From Candidatus Thorarchaeota archaeon (GTDB lineage Archaea; Asgardarchaeota; Thorarchaeia; Thorarchaeales; Thorarchaeaceae): 54,279 nt of DNA. Within the stretch, counting starts at the first letter, position 1. Every line of letters begins with the position of its first letter. Below, in pieces: positions 9,422 through 19,563 of the stretch. A model generated the notes under the pieces. That model was not told where the DNA came from. It worked only from the letters and a program-made list of their open reading frames with translations, and ran no database searches. The stretch lies in contig JAWAQK010000009.1 of NCBI GenBank assembly GCA_038893995.1, positions 1 to 54,279 on the forward strand. Reading direction: 5' to 3'. The position numbers and the translations under genes are program-made.

Positions 9422-10363
9422 CTAGCTAGCTAGGTCAGTACTGAGCTCTTTTATGCGTTTTCGCGAGGCACCAGCAACCAGACCGAGGACGTCAGCACAC
9501 ATGAGCAGATACAGAGCCATCGGTCCGTGTTCCCCCATCGAATCGGCCCATCTCTCTACTTCGACTGCACTCATCCGGGTACCACCCTTGTATAGGCGAC
9601 CCAGCAGGTTTCTGATGCCCAGGTCAGAATACGGAAACACGTCAAACATCTTCAGGGAGGCAATCGCAAGAGTCTGAACTGTCCACTCACCGACACCTCG
9701 TATGGGCAGCAGCACCTCACGCACCTCCCCGTACGTCATGTTGCGGAGCGACTCGGGCTCGAGATCGCCTCTGCACACCATGCTCGAGATACCATGCAGG
9801 TACTGGGCCTTGTATCCCAGACCAATGCTCCTAAGCTTGTCAACACCGGCTGCAGACACCATCTGAGGCGTCGGGAAGGCGAAGACTGTCCGTCCGTCGT
9901 GCTTTGTCTGCGAGCCGAGCAGGGTAACGAACCTCGATGTCAAGATGCAGGCAGCCCGGTAGGACACCTGCTGTTGGATGACGGACTTCATCAGACCCTC
10001 GTAGACAGTGTCACTTGAGTAAGGTCTTATTCTGGACAGAAGAGGTGCTAGTCTTCCAACCGTCCCGTCGTGGATCAATCGGTTGATGCAGGGTCGAGTG
10101 TCATGGTCGAGCCCGAGGACCCAACGCATCTTCTCCTTCAGGTCAGTCATACGGACAGTCGTAGGACCCGTACGGACAATCAGTGGGCGTCCAGGACTAT
10201 CCTGGAGGACCGTCACTGGCACAGTATCAGTACCAACAGTCACAACGCGCCTGAGTTCTCCTCGAGTGAAGCACTCTGGCGCCGGCGATATGTCGGGATA
10301 GACCCACGCCTGAACACTCATGTTCATGTCGTACTCATGTGGAACCGCCAGTGACATCATCAT
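9422..10363 (-). CDS. AlkA-like DNA-3-methyladenine glycosylase (HhH-GPD superfamily)
   Basis: YEGLMKSVIQQQVS, FPTPQ, LGYKAQY, HhH motif LLPIRGVGEWT and FPYSDLGI. Confidence 0.9.
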   Translation of the reverse strand: MMMSLAVPHEYDMNMSVQAWVYPDISPAPECFTRGELRRVVTVGTDTVPVTVLQDSPGRPLIVRTGPTTVRMTDLKEKMRWVLGLDHDTRPCINRLIHDGTVGRLAPLLSRIRPYSSDTVYEGLMKSVIQQQVSYRAACILTSRFVTLLGSQTKHDGRTVFAFPTPQMVSAAGVDKLRSIGLGYKAQYLHGISSMVCRGDLEPESLRNMTYGEVREVLLPIRGVGEWTVQTLAIASLKMFDVFPYSDLGIRNLLGRLYKGGTRMSAVEVERWADSMGEHGPMALYLLMCADVLGLVAGASRKRIKELSTDLAS

Positions 10364-10619
10364 ACACTGATCCCCATTGCGAACTGAGAGGGGCTGTACC
10401 CGGGTGACGACCTGTGTTCCCGGATTGGTACCATGACTGACAGCGAAGGCATCCTAGACCTGTGCACACTGACGCGTGGCGCTCGCTCTACGAACATCGC
10501 TGCACGTAATGCGCCCAGGACCTCTGTTCACATCGTGTCGGGCGTTAGCGCCATGGCTACGGTCACATATTTATGAGTGTTCTGCGAAGCATAGTCATCA
10601 AGACATCGCTGGGACACAG

Positions 10620-10973
10620 ATGGGCAAGCCTGATAGGTCCGTAGACGGTTCTACCAGCTACAGTTTGAGTGGCGGCAGGTCCAGGTTCGTCCTACTTAGC
10701 ATTGCTACCCTGCTACTGAACATAGGACTGTTCCCAGTCTTTGCAATACTGAGCCCGTTCATGGTCGGTCTTGCAACCGGTCACCTGGCTCGTCACGCAC
10801 TCTTGGCCCTCCTGATGAACGCTCTCGTCGCCCTCATTGGATACGGAATTCTGTTCTTCCTCGTCCTCGGCAGCACTGATCTACTACTATTACTCCAGGG
10901 TGCTGCACTCATGGCGGTGATTGCAGGTCTAGGAGGCCTTGCAGGATCACTGACCGTAAGGAAAGGAGAATAG
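10620..10973 (+). CDS. Small four-TM membrane protein of unknown function
   Basis: Four hydrophobic segments. ATG 10620 is preferred over GTG 10476. Confidence 0.65.
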   Translation: MGKPDRSVDGSTSYSLSGGRSRFVLLSIATLLLNIGLFPVFAILSPFMVGLATGHLARHALLALLMNALVALIGYGILFFLVLGSTDLLLLLQGAALMAVIAGLGGLAGSLTVRKGE

Positions 10974-11042
10974 TCCCGCTGACCCATGCGGCTCCCAGAG
11001 AATCCGCCCAGGAACGATGTGACTTCACAGTCGACGCAGGGG

Positions 11043-12179
11043 TCATCGGAGTAGGTCTCTCATCGTACTGATAATCTGCTCGATCTCGCTCTCGGTGAGC
11101 ATGGGATGCACTGGCAAGTCAAAGTGTCGAGCGCCTATCTCTTCGCATATGGGCAGCCTTACCTTCGAGTAGTCCGGGTATTTCACGAACTTGGACCATC
11201 TCCACCGATCGATGTTAAGATAGGTGTCCTGCTTGTGGCACGGAATCGCATATACCGATCTCGAACCAACTCCTCGATCCCGAAATGCTTGGACGAGCTC
11301 GTCCCTCGAGATCTTGTCTGACTCCAGGCAGGGGACGTAGAGATGATAGGAGGACTTCATACCATCTATCTCGAGCTGTGGACGTGCTGTGCCGATCTCT
11401 GACAGCACCTTGTCGTACAGTCGTGCATTGCGCCTCCTGACCTCGACCAACCTATCGAGCCGCTCTAGTTGGACCAGACCTATTGCGGCTACGAGGTCCA
11501 TCATACGATTGTTGTAGCCCACGCGGTAGTGACTGTATCCTCCATGTTTGCCACGTCCGTGATTCTTGATCATGTTGATCTTGTCCAGTAGCTCTTCGTC
11601 GTTTGTTGTGATGATCCCACCTTCGCCAGTCATCATGTTCTTGGTTGCATAGAACGAGAACGCCGCAGCGTGACCGAAGGAGCCTACACTCTTACCGTCA
11701 ATCTTCGCCCCATGTGCCTGACAGGCATCCTCAATGACAAGCAGGTCGTGCGCCTCGGCGATCTCCATGATTCTCTTCATGTCACATGGGTTGCCGAATA
11801 TGTGGACTGGCATTATTGCCCTCGTGCGGCTTGTTATGGCCGCCTCGATGCGTTCTGGATCAATGTTGTAGGTCCTGCGGTCCACATCCACAAAGACGGG
11901 GATTGCGCCAAGCATCGTGATGGTATTCGCAGATGCTATGAACGTGAACGCAGTGGTAATGACCTCATCGCCGGGCTGGATTTCCATTGCCTCGAGGGCT
12001 GTGCTCAGCGCTGTGGTGCCGCTGTTCGTGACCGCCGCAAACTTCGTTCCCACGTAGCGGGAGAACTTCTCCTCGAGCTCGCGAGCAACCTTTCCCTCTG
12101 CTAGCATGCCGGACCGAAGAACCTTAGTCACTGCCTCTATCTCAGAGTCTTCCACAATGGGCTTGGTAAACGGAATCAT
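11043..12179 (-). CDS. DegT/DnrJ/EryC1/StrS family PLP-dependent sugar aminotransferase
   Basis: NSGTTAL, IEDACQAHG and FSFYATKNMMTGEGG (PLP lysine). Confidence 0.95.
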   Translation of the reverse strand: MIPFTKPIVEDSEIEAVTKVLRSGMLAEGKVARELEEKFSRYVGTKFAAVTNSGTTALSTALEAMEIQPGDEVITTAFTFIASANTITMLGAIPVFVDVDRRTYNIDPERIEAAITSRTRAIMPVHIFGNPCDMKRIMEIAEAHDLLVIEDACQAHGAKIDGKSVGSFGHAAAFSFYATKNMMTGEGGIITTNDEELLDKINMIKNHGRGKHGGYSHYRVGYNNRMMDLVAAIGLVQLERLDRLVEVRRRNARLYDKVLSEIGTARPQLEIDGMKSSYHLYVPCLESDKISRDELVQAFRDRGVGSRSVYAIPCHKQDTYLNIDRWRWSKFVKYPDYSKVRLPICEEIGARHFDLPVHPMLTESEIEQIISTMRDLLR

Positions 12180-12233
12180 GAAGGACTACCGCCTGGAGCG
12201 GCATCGTCCCCATTGAAAAAGATACCCATTCAA

Positions 12234-12821
12234 TCACACGCTGGTATCTGGATCCGGGACATGGATGACTTCTGTGAGATGCTGGTCTCGTTCCTCGAAT
12301 AGGGTGACGAGACCTACCGATGCAAACATGATCACCACTGCCACAAGGAGGAACAGGAGATCCCTGAGTAGAAACACTATCGCCAGTCCTGCTCCGCTGA
12401 CGATGCCTGTGGCGAATCTGATACGGACCGTTGTCTTGCGGGGAAGAAGCCTCTGAGTCATCCAGTCGGTGACTGTGAACAGACCCATGCAGAGTGCCAC
12501 GGAGAACCAGAGCCAGGGAGGCTCCAGCTGTACGCCTGCAAAGAGGATGACTGCAATCCCAATGAACAGGCCTAGATACAGCCCAGTGCATCGGCCACAC
12601 AGGTACAACGAATGGGAGCCCAACTTCACCCTGATGCAGTGTCCGTAAAGACGTGGCGTGTGATGTGACAACAGTCCACTTATGAAATCCTTGATCACCT
12701 GGAGCCTGGTGCTCTGATAGAGCTCTTGCAGGTCAGCTGCAGCATCTGAATCAGGCACGTCTTTCAATGTATCCTCTGCCAACCCTAAGACATGGTCTCC
12801 TGGCTCTTTGAACGATCCCAA
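12234..12821 (-). CDS. DUF2085-like membrane protein
   Basis: HH...LCGRCTGLYLG motif, then TM helices and RFATG. Confidence 0.78.
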   Translation of the reverse strand: MGSFKEPGDHVLGLAEDTLKDVPDSDAAADLQELYQSTRLQVIKDFISGLLSHHTPRLYGHCIRVKLGSHSLYLCGRCTGLYLGLFIGIAVILFAGVQLEPPWLWFSVALCMGLFTVTDWMTQRLLPRKTTVRIRFATGIVSGAGLAIVFLLRDLLFLLVAVVIMFASVGLVTLFEERDQHLTEVIHVPDPDTSV

Positions 12822-13384
12822 TCGGATGAATCAGGTGAAATCAGTCGGTCGAGACCGCGTTTCCATCTCCTAAAAAGGTTTGCAGGAGACCCGTATCATC
12901 GAGGCAGCTGTACCGCTCCAGAGACCCATGCAGTCGCGTCCATGAGGTTCAGCGTTGCAGGCAAAACGTGGGAAACAGTCCAGACAGAGACAGGGAATCA
13001 GCCTGATTCCAGTGAGTCAAGTAGTACACTCGAATACAATGGCACGAAGCAACCACTATTCTTGAGAAGATCAGGTTGCATGTGCAGCCAATCTATCGAC
13101 TCCCCATCAACTCTGCGCCAACAGATCGGTTTCCCTGGCACACTCCAATCAGCTCCAGTCCCGTTGAGATGACTGTCGAACTTGACTTACCATCCGTCAG
13201 ACCTCATACTCATGGGCCCTCCGCATGACTCTCTTCTCAGACCATCTTCGGCCCGGTCCTGAGGTAGGGAGAGTCAACGTGACGTGTCTAGAGCTGAGCA
13301 GCCGGCGACGGCCTGAACTGAGTTATCAGGGAGAAACAACTAAAACCACCATTTGACGTCAGAGCGAGAGAGGTTGAAGACACA

Positions 13385-13711
13385 TTGAGCGATGACCTAC
13401 TCACCCTCATGAGAGAGAGGATAGCAGTAGGACTCGCCAGGCCCAAGACTATCGAGGCGATCGAGGGCTGGCAGAGGACTGCAGAGCTGACTCTCAGTGA
13501 CGGACGAAAGTACAGGTTTCATGTTGCCAACAACAACATCACTGTTGAGGCGGGAGAGGCACCAGACGCAGAGATGAGGATAGAGAGCGACGAGGATACC
13601 ATCAGGAAGCTCTTCCTCGAGCAAATGAGCGCAGCGTCTGCCCTGCTTACCAGGAAACTTAAGGTAAAAGGTTCAGCAAGTGACCTGATGAAGATACGAC
13701 ACATATTCTGA
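13385..13711 (+). CDS. SCP2 sterol/lipid-binding domain protein
   Basis: GEAPDAEMRI...MSAASALLTRKLKVKGSASDLMKI is a typical SCP2 C-terminus. TTG start with upstream GAGG. Confidence 0.85.
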   Translation: MSDDLLTLMRERIAVGLARPKTIEAIEGWQRTAELTLSDGRKYRFHVANNNITVEAGEAPDAEMRIESDEDTIRKLFLEQMSAASALLTRKLKVKGSASDLMKIRHIF

Positions 13712-13729
13712 CGGCGGGGGGGCTCCTGA

Positions 13730-15136
13730 TTGGACGACAGAACGATCAGTGAACTTGCCAACATAGTGGGAGAGGAGAATCTCTCGACCAGGAGGGACGT
13801 GCTGCTCACTTACTCGGTGTCCGCGTCGACAGGGTACGACGCAGCAACGCCCGATGTGGTTGTCAGACCAGCAACCCCAGAGGAGGTGTCACAGATACTT
13901 AGACTCGCCAATAGAGAAAGGATCCCAGTGACACCTAGGTCGGGCGGTTCGAGCCTTCAGGGAGAGGTCATTCCAAGGAGAGGTGGAATCGTGGTCGACC
14001 TAATGCGTATGGACGACATTGTTCTGTATCAGGAGCTCCGCTCGGTCAGAGTGGGTGCGGGTGTGACCTTCGGAATGCTCGACAAGTTCCTCAACCCATT
14101 TGACCTCTGGGTGCCGGTCTATCCAGAATCATCCCTGGTGTGCACGGTCGCAGGCAATGTCGCTGTCAATGGAGCCGGGCCTGGCAGTAGCCTCTATGGT
14201 TGCATAGCAGAGATGGTACTTGGTCTGGAGGTGGTCCTTCCCACGGGGGAGATCGTCCAGACAGGATCTGAGGCCAATCCCAGCGCGCCGGGGCCGTTCA
14301 CGAGGTACGCGTTCGGGCCGGACCTGACCGGGCTGTTCATCGGCGCACTCGGAAGTCTTGGCATTGTGACAGCGGTATCACTGAAGACCTACAAGAGGAT
14401 GAGACACCTTGACTACAACACGTATGGCTTTGACAGAGCAGAGCAGGCAGAGGAGTTCCTGCTGAAGCTCAGAGAGAACGACGTCAATACCCTCTTCGCA
14501 TCGATCTACGAGGGTAGAATACTCGAGTTTTTCCTCGATATGCTTGGCGAGGAATATGGTATCCCGAAGCACCAGTGGCCTGAATTCACCGTTTCCGTCA
14601 CATTCGGAAGGGTGAGGAGGGATATGCTGGAGAGCGATGTCAGACTAGCGGGAGAGATATGTCAGGCCCTTGGGGGTCAAGTCATAGGAATAAAGGAACT
14701 GCCCAGGGGAGAGTGGGAGGACCGCATGAGGACATTCGCGAGATCAAGCTACGCCCACGGATGGCATTGGCGGATACTCTACCATCATCAGACACCATCC
14801 AACTGGCACGCCTCCGTAGAGGAGATCTGGTCCGCGATGGACAGATTTGGACTACTTGGCCATACCGCCGGCTTCTTCACTGACCACGCGTCCTACAACT
14901 TCTACCCGCACCTGTATTTTGACCCGGCTGACCCGGCTGAAGAATCAAAGGTCAGAGCGGCCCATGAGGACCTGGCCGACAGGCTATTCAAGACTGGAGC
15001 CGTGCCGTTCAAGCTGGCCCCATACTGGGCAAGAGACATGCCCATGGTTGGAGCATATCGAGGACTCCTTGAAACCCTCAAGAAGACACTCGATCCTAAC
15101 GGGATCATGAACCCCGGTGTCATGGGAGGCATCTGA
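13730..15136 (+). CDS. FAD-binding oxidoreductase (VAO/PCMH superfamily; GlcD/D-lactate dehydrogenase-like)
   Basis: PDVVVRP, VTPRSGGSSLQG, TVAGNVAVNGAG, GLEVVLPTG, GPDLTGLFIG and DPNGIMNPG. Confidence 0.92.
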   Translation: MDDRTISELANIVGEENLSTRRDVLLTYSVSASTGYDAATPDVVVRPATPEEVSQILRLANRERIPVTPRSGGSSLQGEVIPRRGGIVVDLMRMDDIVLYQELRSVRVGAGVTFGMLDKFLNPFDLWVPVYPESSLVCTVAGNVAVNGAGPGSSLYGCIAEMVLGLEVVLPTGEIVQTGSEANPSAPGPFTRYAFGPDLTGLFIGALGSLGIVTAVSLKTYKRMRHLDYNTYGFDRAEQAEEFLLKLRENDVNTLFASIYEGRILEFFLDMLGEEYGIPKHQWPEFTVSVTFGRVRRDMLESDVRLAGEICQALGGQVIGIKELPRGEWEDRMRTFARSSYAHGWHWRILYHHQTPSNWHASVEEIWSAMDRFGLLGHTAGFFTDHASYNFYPHLYFDPADPAEESKVRAAHEDLADRLFKTGAVPFKLAPYWARDMPMVGAYRGLLETLKKTLDPNGIMNPGVMGGI

Positions 15137-15137
15137 G

Positions 15138-16328
15138 ATGGCGACCAGTGACATCAACGCTCTGCACGAGGAACTCTTACAGTGCCGAAGATGCGGGATA
15201 TGTAGGAATGCTGTGTACGAAGCAAGAGGATTTGATGGTATCTGCCCCGTCTGGAAGAACGGAGGCGGTTTCGAAACGGACTTCATGCGCGGAAAGATCG
15301 TGGTCGCACTTGCATTACTGAGTGGTCAGCTCGACAGAAGCAGCGAGAACATGGAATCACTATTCAGATGCACTCTCTGCGGCAACTGCGCACAGATATG
15401 CCCAGCGGGATTCAATCCCACCAAGTCCCTAGAAACTGTCCGAAGTCTACTGTCCGACGTCCCGATCAGAACACGAGATGAGATCGCAGACAGGATCATG
15501 CACCACGACAACCCATACACGGAGGACTCTGCTGACAAGCGAGCATGGGTGAGCAGACTTGGTTTCGAAGTACCTCGGGTCGGAGAATTCGTCTACTTTG
15601 CAGGGTGTACCTCGGCACTCAGACTGCCTGAGGTTGCGCTGAACACTGCGAGGATCCTCAGAGCAGCAGGGATCGACTTTGCCGTGATGGAGGACGAACC
15701 CTGTTGTGGCTCGGTCATGCTCCGGACCGGAAGGCTCAGTGATGCTAAGAGTAACGCAATGCGAGTCGCAGAGAAGATACACAATACAGGCGCGAGTACC
15801 ATCGTGGTGTCCTGCGCCGGTTGCCTCAAGACACTGAGAGAGGACCTCAGCCACATGGGCATCGGGATTCCGAGAGTGGTCCACATTACTGAATTGGCAC
15901 TCGAGCTGATACGGGAGGGACGTCTGACTCCGAGGATTTCAGGGCAGCCAATGCGGGTGACTTACCACGATCCATGCCATCTCGGCCGCGGCACTGGCAT
16001 CTACGAGGAACCTCGGGAGATACTGAAGGCCATCGCAGGCATTGACTTCGTCGAGATGGAAACAAACAGAGGCACGGCGATGTGTTGTGGGGCAGGGGGT
16101 GGAGTCAGGGCGTTCGATAGTCAGCTGGCTCTCAAGATTGCCTCGGACAGGATACGCACTGCCGAGCGTACAGGTGCCACACACCTGGTTACAGCGTGTC
16201 CGTTCTGCGAGCACAACCTGTCCTCTGGGAGGAACTCAATAGGCAGTGCCCTGAGTGTGGTGGATATCACCGAGTTGTTGGCTCAGTGCCTCGAAGAAGA
16301 CGACCGCAACCACAGACCAGGACATTGA
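15138..16328 (+). CDS. Fe-S oxidoreductase with two [4Fe-4S] motifs and two CCG domains (GlcF/GlpC/HdrD-like)
   Basis: CRRCGIC..CP, CTLCGNCAQICP, YFAGC, EPCCG, YHDPCHLGR, CCGAGGG and ACPFC. ATG lies 1 nt after the upstream stop. Confidence 0.92.
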   Translation: MATSDINALHEELLQCRRCGICRNAVYEARGFDGICPVWKNGGGFETDFMRGKIVVALALLSGQLDRSSENMESLFRCTLCGNCAQICPAGFNPTKSLETVRSLLSDVPIRTRDEIADRIMHHDNPYTEDSADKRAWVSRLGFEVPRVGEFVYFAGCTSALRLPEVALNTARILRAAGIDFAVMEDEPCCGSVMLRTGRLSDAKSNAMRVAEKIHNTGASTIVVSCAGCLKTLREDLSHMGIGIPRVVHITELALELIREGRLTPRISGQPMRVTYHDPCHLGRGTGIYEEPREILKAIAGIDFVEMETNRGTAMCCGAGGGVRAFDSQLALKIASDRIRTAERTGATHLVTACPFCEHNLSSGRNSIGSALSVVDITELLAQCLEEDDRNHRPGH

Positions 16329-16816
16329 CCACAGTCATCAGGGTGGGCAGCCGGCAGCGTCTAGCAACCCTTTCGCTGGATCAGTAGACATGCGGCGACT
16401 GGATCAGATGAGTGACTCGGAGAACAGCATGGGGACGCTGGCAGACACACGAGTATCGCCCCGAGGGCTTGGACCTCGTCACACTCGATAACCGTAATTG
16501 ACCGCTCCCATCATTTGATTGGCTCGTACTCTCTCTGAACCCTTTCGGTGAGAAGCGAGTCTCGCCCAGGAGATTCGCATCGTACGACCACCACGGACCC
16601 CGGCCCCATCAATCCGATGCCGGACAAGGAGCCTCAGTCGTCTGCCAGTCGTCCGTTATATATTGGCAACAAGACCACATAAGCATTTCCAATCTCCAGA
16701 ATGGCATACAGGCTGCTAGGAATGACGCTCACAGCTATTCTATAGCTGTAGAATAGCTTATAAGCAGACCATTGGGACTCCACAGAGTGACTGCGTACAT
16801 CATAGGGGCGTCTCAT

Positions 16817-17884
16817 ATGGAAGACATCAAGGTCGCTCTAATTGGAGTAGGCAACTGTGCCAGCGCGCTGGTACAGGGCGTTGAGTTCTACAAGAATGCC
16901 ATCTCGCCTGATGATGCAGTGGGTCTCAGTCATCCTGACTTCGCAGGATACCATGTCAAGGACATTCGATTCGTGGCCGCCTTTGATGTGACACAGGACA
17001 AGGTCGGTCTGGATCTTGCAGATGCCATATTTGCCCCACCCAACAATGTCCTGAGATTCGCCACTGTTCCAAAGCTTGGTGTGAGCGTGGTGCGAGGACC
17101 AACTCACGATGGCATCGATGAGAATCTCGCCTCGGTGGTCAAGATATCACACACAAAAGAGGTAGATGTTGTCAAGGTCCTGAGAAACTCCGGAACAGAG
17201 ATAGCGATCAACCTGTTACCAGGTTCATCTGCTAGCGCCACGGCGTTCTACGCAAACGCCTGTCTCGAGGCGGGCTGTGCATTTGTCAATGCAACACCCA
17301 TCAGGATAGCATCGGACCCCGAATGGGGCAGAAGATTCGCAGAACGCGGCATTCCGTTGGTCGGAGACGATCTGCAGGACCAGCTGGGTTCCACCATCAT
17401 TCACAGGAACCTCATGCAGCTGTTAGTCGCAAGAGGGGTCCTCATAGAGAAGAGCTACCAGCTGGATGTGGGTGGCGGAACCGAATCGATAGACTCCCAC
17501 TATCGCGGTAGGATGATGAAGCGGGAGATCAAGAGTGCGGCAGTCAGCCAGGATGTTCCATACCCAGTTCCTGTAGTCGCAGGTTCATCGGACTACGTTC
17601 CTTTCCTCAACAACGGACGCGAGTCTTACTTCTACATCCACGGAAGACAGTTTGGAGGCGCGCCGGTGACAATCGACATCCGACTGGAAGCGACTGACGG
17701 ACCAAATGCCGGGCCCGTATTGCTTGATGTCATTCGCGGTGTCAAGCTTGCATTGAAACGCAAGTTAGCCGGCCCACTCGAGTCGTTATCTGCATATGGT
17801 TTCAAGTCTCCCCCGAAGTCCACAACAATATACCAGGCTGAGAGAATGGTAGAAGAGTTCCTGCTGGGCAAGAGGCGCAGCTAG
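16817..17884 (+). CDS. ino1: Inositol-3-phosphate synthase (myo-inositol-1-phosphate synthase)
   Basis: GVGNCASALVQG, FVAAFDV, FVNATP, VGDDLQDQLGST and FKSPP. Confidence 0.92.
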   Translation: MEDIKVALIGVGNCASALVQGVEFYKNAISPDDAVGLSHPDFAGYHVKDIRFVAAFDVTQDKVGLDLADAIFAPPNNVLRFATVPKLGVSVVRGPTHDGIDENLASVVKISHTKEVDVVKVLRNSGTEIAINLLPGSSASATAFYANACLEAGCAFVNATPIRIASDPEWGRRFAERGIPLVGDDLQDQLGSTIIHRNLMQLLVARGVLIEKSYQLDVGGGTESIDSHYRGRMMKREIKSAAVSQDVPYPVPVVAGSSDYVPFLNNGRESYFYIHGRQFGGAPVTIDIRLEATDGPNAGPVLLDVIRGVKLALKRKLAGPLESLSAYGFKSPPKSTTIYQAERMVEEFLLGKRRS

Positions 17885-18282
17885 GACAGACCATGCTTCT
17901 GCGCATAGTCGTCGAGCAGCGTTGTGAGTTCGTCCATGGAGGTGACAATCCTGAAATCGATCTCGTGGGCTGTCTCCTCAAGGATCTCATTGAATCTCAC
18001 AACGCTGTCATAGATTCTCCTGATCTCAGCCCTGTCCTCCTCGGACTTCAACTGAGGATCGTAAAGGACAATCAGATTCTCCGGCTCGAAGTTCAACACG
18101 ACGCTCGTGTCCATCTGCATGACCTTCTTGCACTTGGGGCACTGCACTTGTGAGAGTCTGTTTGCCTTGAGTAGTTTGACCGACTCGGTGTCAGAACCAA
18201 CATCAATGTGGTCCACTACCTGAACCTCATACTCGTGTTGACACCTCTCACACTTCACGGTAATGGTGCTCGTTCCGACCAT
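17881..18282 (-). CDS. CpXC-domain (zinc-binding) protein
   Basis: CERC and CPKC pairs with CpXC-like spacing. SD GAGGAG precedes ATG 18282. Confidence 0.78.
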   Translation of the reverse strand: MVGTSTITVKCERCQHEYEVQVVDHIDVGSDTESVKLLKANRLSQVQCPKCKKVMQMDTSVVLNFEPENLIVLYDPQLKSEEDRAEIRRIYDSVVRFNEILEETAHEIDFRIVTSMDELTTLLDDYAQKHGLS

Positions 18283-18323
18283 ACAAAGCTCCTCGGTCAA
18301 GACGTCGGTGTGTCAATGACGAC

Positions 18324-18923
18324 TTAAGACTGTTTAGGTCCGTTGTAGTCAGGATCTGTACCCGGCGAGTCTGGACGTGGAACAGCCTCGACTCGACGCC
18401 GTAGTATCCAGCCAGTGATGAGGGCCGTCAGTGCAATAGATGCGACCACGATCGTGGCGGACTCGAAATAGCTGGCGGCCTCGAAGCCAATCAGGGCACC
18501 AGCCAGGGTCACTATTGCCTTCCCTGAGAAGTAGCTAGCCAGAAACCTATACATACTGTACTTCGTCAGACCCACATAGACGATCAGGGGGTCGTCAGGA
18601 ACGGGCGATGCGGCTGCAACAAAGAGCGCCAGAGATCCCCATCGTTCCACTCTGCGTTTCTCCGATTCAAGTGACGTGAGCCTCTCCTCTGAGAGAACTG
18701 CGCGCGAGGATCGGACTACGAGATAGTGTACAAACTTTGCCAGAGTCGCCGAGGTCGCAACAATCAGTCCGATTGGGACCCAGCCCATCTGGGGAAAGGC
18801 CAGAGAGACTACTCCGGCCAAGACCATGTTGCTGGGACTGAGGAAGGGGATCATATTGATGATGAAACAGGCAAGAAAGAGTCCCAGGTATCCCTGGTTC
18901 AGTAGGATGTTCACTAACGACAC
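18324..18923 (-). CDS. VTT/DedA (SNARE-associated, YqaA-like) membrane protein
   Basis: GYLGLF...NMIPF, AAASPVPDD and RFLASYFSGK. Confidence 0.82.
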   Translation of the reverse strand: MSLVNILLNQGYLGLFLACFIINMIPFLSPSNMVLAGVVSLAFPQMGWVPIGLIVATSATLAKFVHYLVVRSSRAVLSEERLTSLESEKRRVERWGSLALFVAAASPVPDDPLIVYVGLTKYSMYRFLASYFSGKAIVTLAGALIGFEAASYFESATIVVASIALTALITGWILRRRVEAVPRPDSPGTDPDYNGPKQS

Positions 18924-18998
18924 TAGATCCTGCAGACCACACCACCATCCAACGCATCTCTGTCAAGGAGGGGCACAGTCGGGATCTTCTGACTGACC

Positions 18999-19421
18999 TC
19001 AGGTGACCTTGTGCAGGACGACCACCTTTACCCCGTCAAGGTTCTCTAGGCTCTTCTTGAGTTCATCAAGCGATACGACGATCTGCTCGGGCGAGAAGTA
19101 GCACTCGTAGAAGCACCTAGTGCCTCTCAGACATACTCCCGTAGAGAATAGTAGGTCCACGAGCCCGACGTTTCGGAAGACCTGAGAGAGCCTCGTGAGA
19201 AAGTCGTTTGTGAGCTTGCCTATCTCTACGGATAGGAAATAGACATCATCTGTCTGAATTGGATACACCTTGATCTGTTTGTCCTTATACACCATGACCA
19301 TGAGACCGGCCTTTGTCCCCAGCGCCTCTACAAACTCTGCTGGGATCGTTGGCGGCTTACTCCCATCAAACAGCAGAAGGCGACCCGCTGTCGCACCCTC
19401 ATAATGCTCGTAATCTGTCAT
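18999..19421 (-). CDS. Hypothetical protein, possible AbrB-like N-terminus plus ACT-like C-terminus
   Basis: TIPAEFVEALG (AbrB-like). FLTRLSQVFRNVGL...LDELKKSLENLDGVKVVVL has an ACT-like pattern. Confidence 0.6.
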   Translation of the reverse strand: MTDYEHYEGATAGRLLLFDGSKPPTIPAEFVEALGTKAGLMVMVYKDKQIKVYPIQTDDVYFLSVEIGKLTNDFLTRLSQVFRNVGLVDLLFSTGVCLRGTRCFYECYFSPEQIVVSLDELKKSLENLDGVKVVVLHKVT

Positions 19422-19563
19422 TGGCAACACAGCCCTGGTCGTCGGTTCAGACTCCAGCTTCAATAGGATTGAGATGCAAATAAATCTCTCTGGTCTAGAT
19501 TGCACCTACGGAAGAAACTAGTGGTGTTCATCTGGTAGTGCGCCTGACATACCATGGGTCGAC

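Noticed and set aside
12792-13172. 126-aa plus-strand ORF in the gap before the SCP2 gene
   Set aside because: No recognisable motif, atypical composition and overlap with the DUF2085 start; probably spurious.
18324-18923. SNARE or vesicle-trafficking ESP
   Set aside because: VTT/DedA proteins are universal lipid scramblase or transporter-like proteins; the SNARE-associated label is not evidence of SNARE function.
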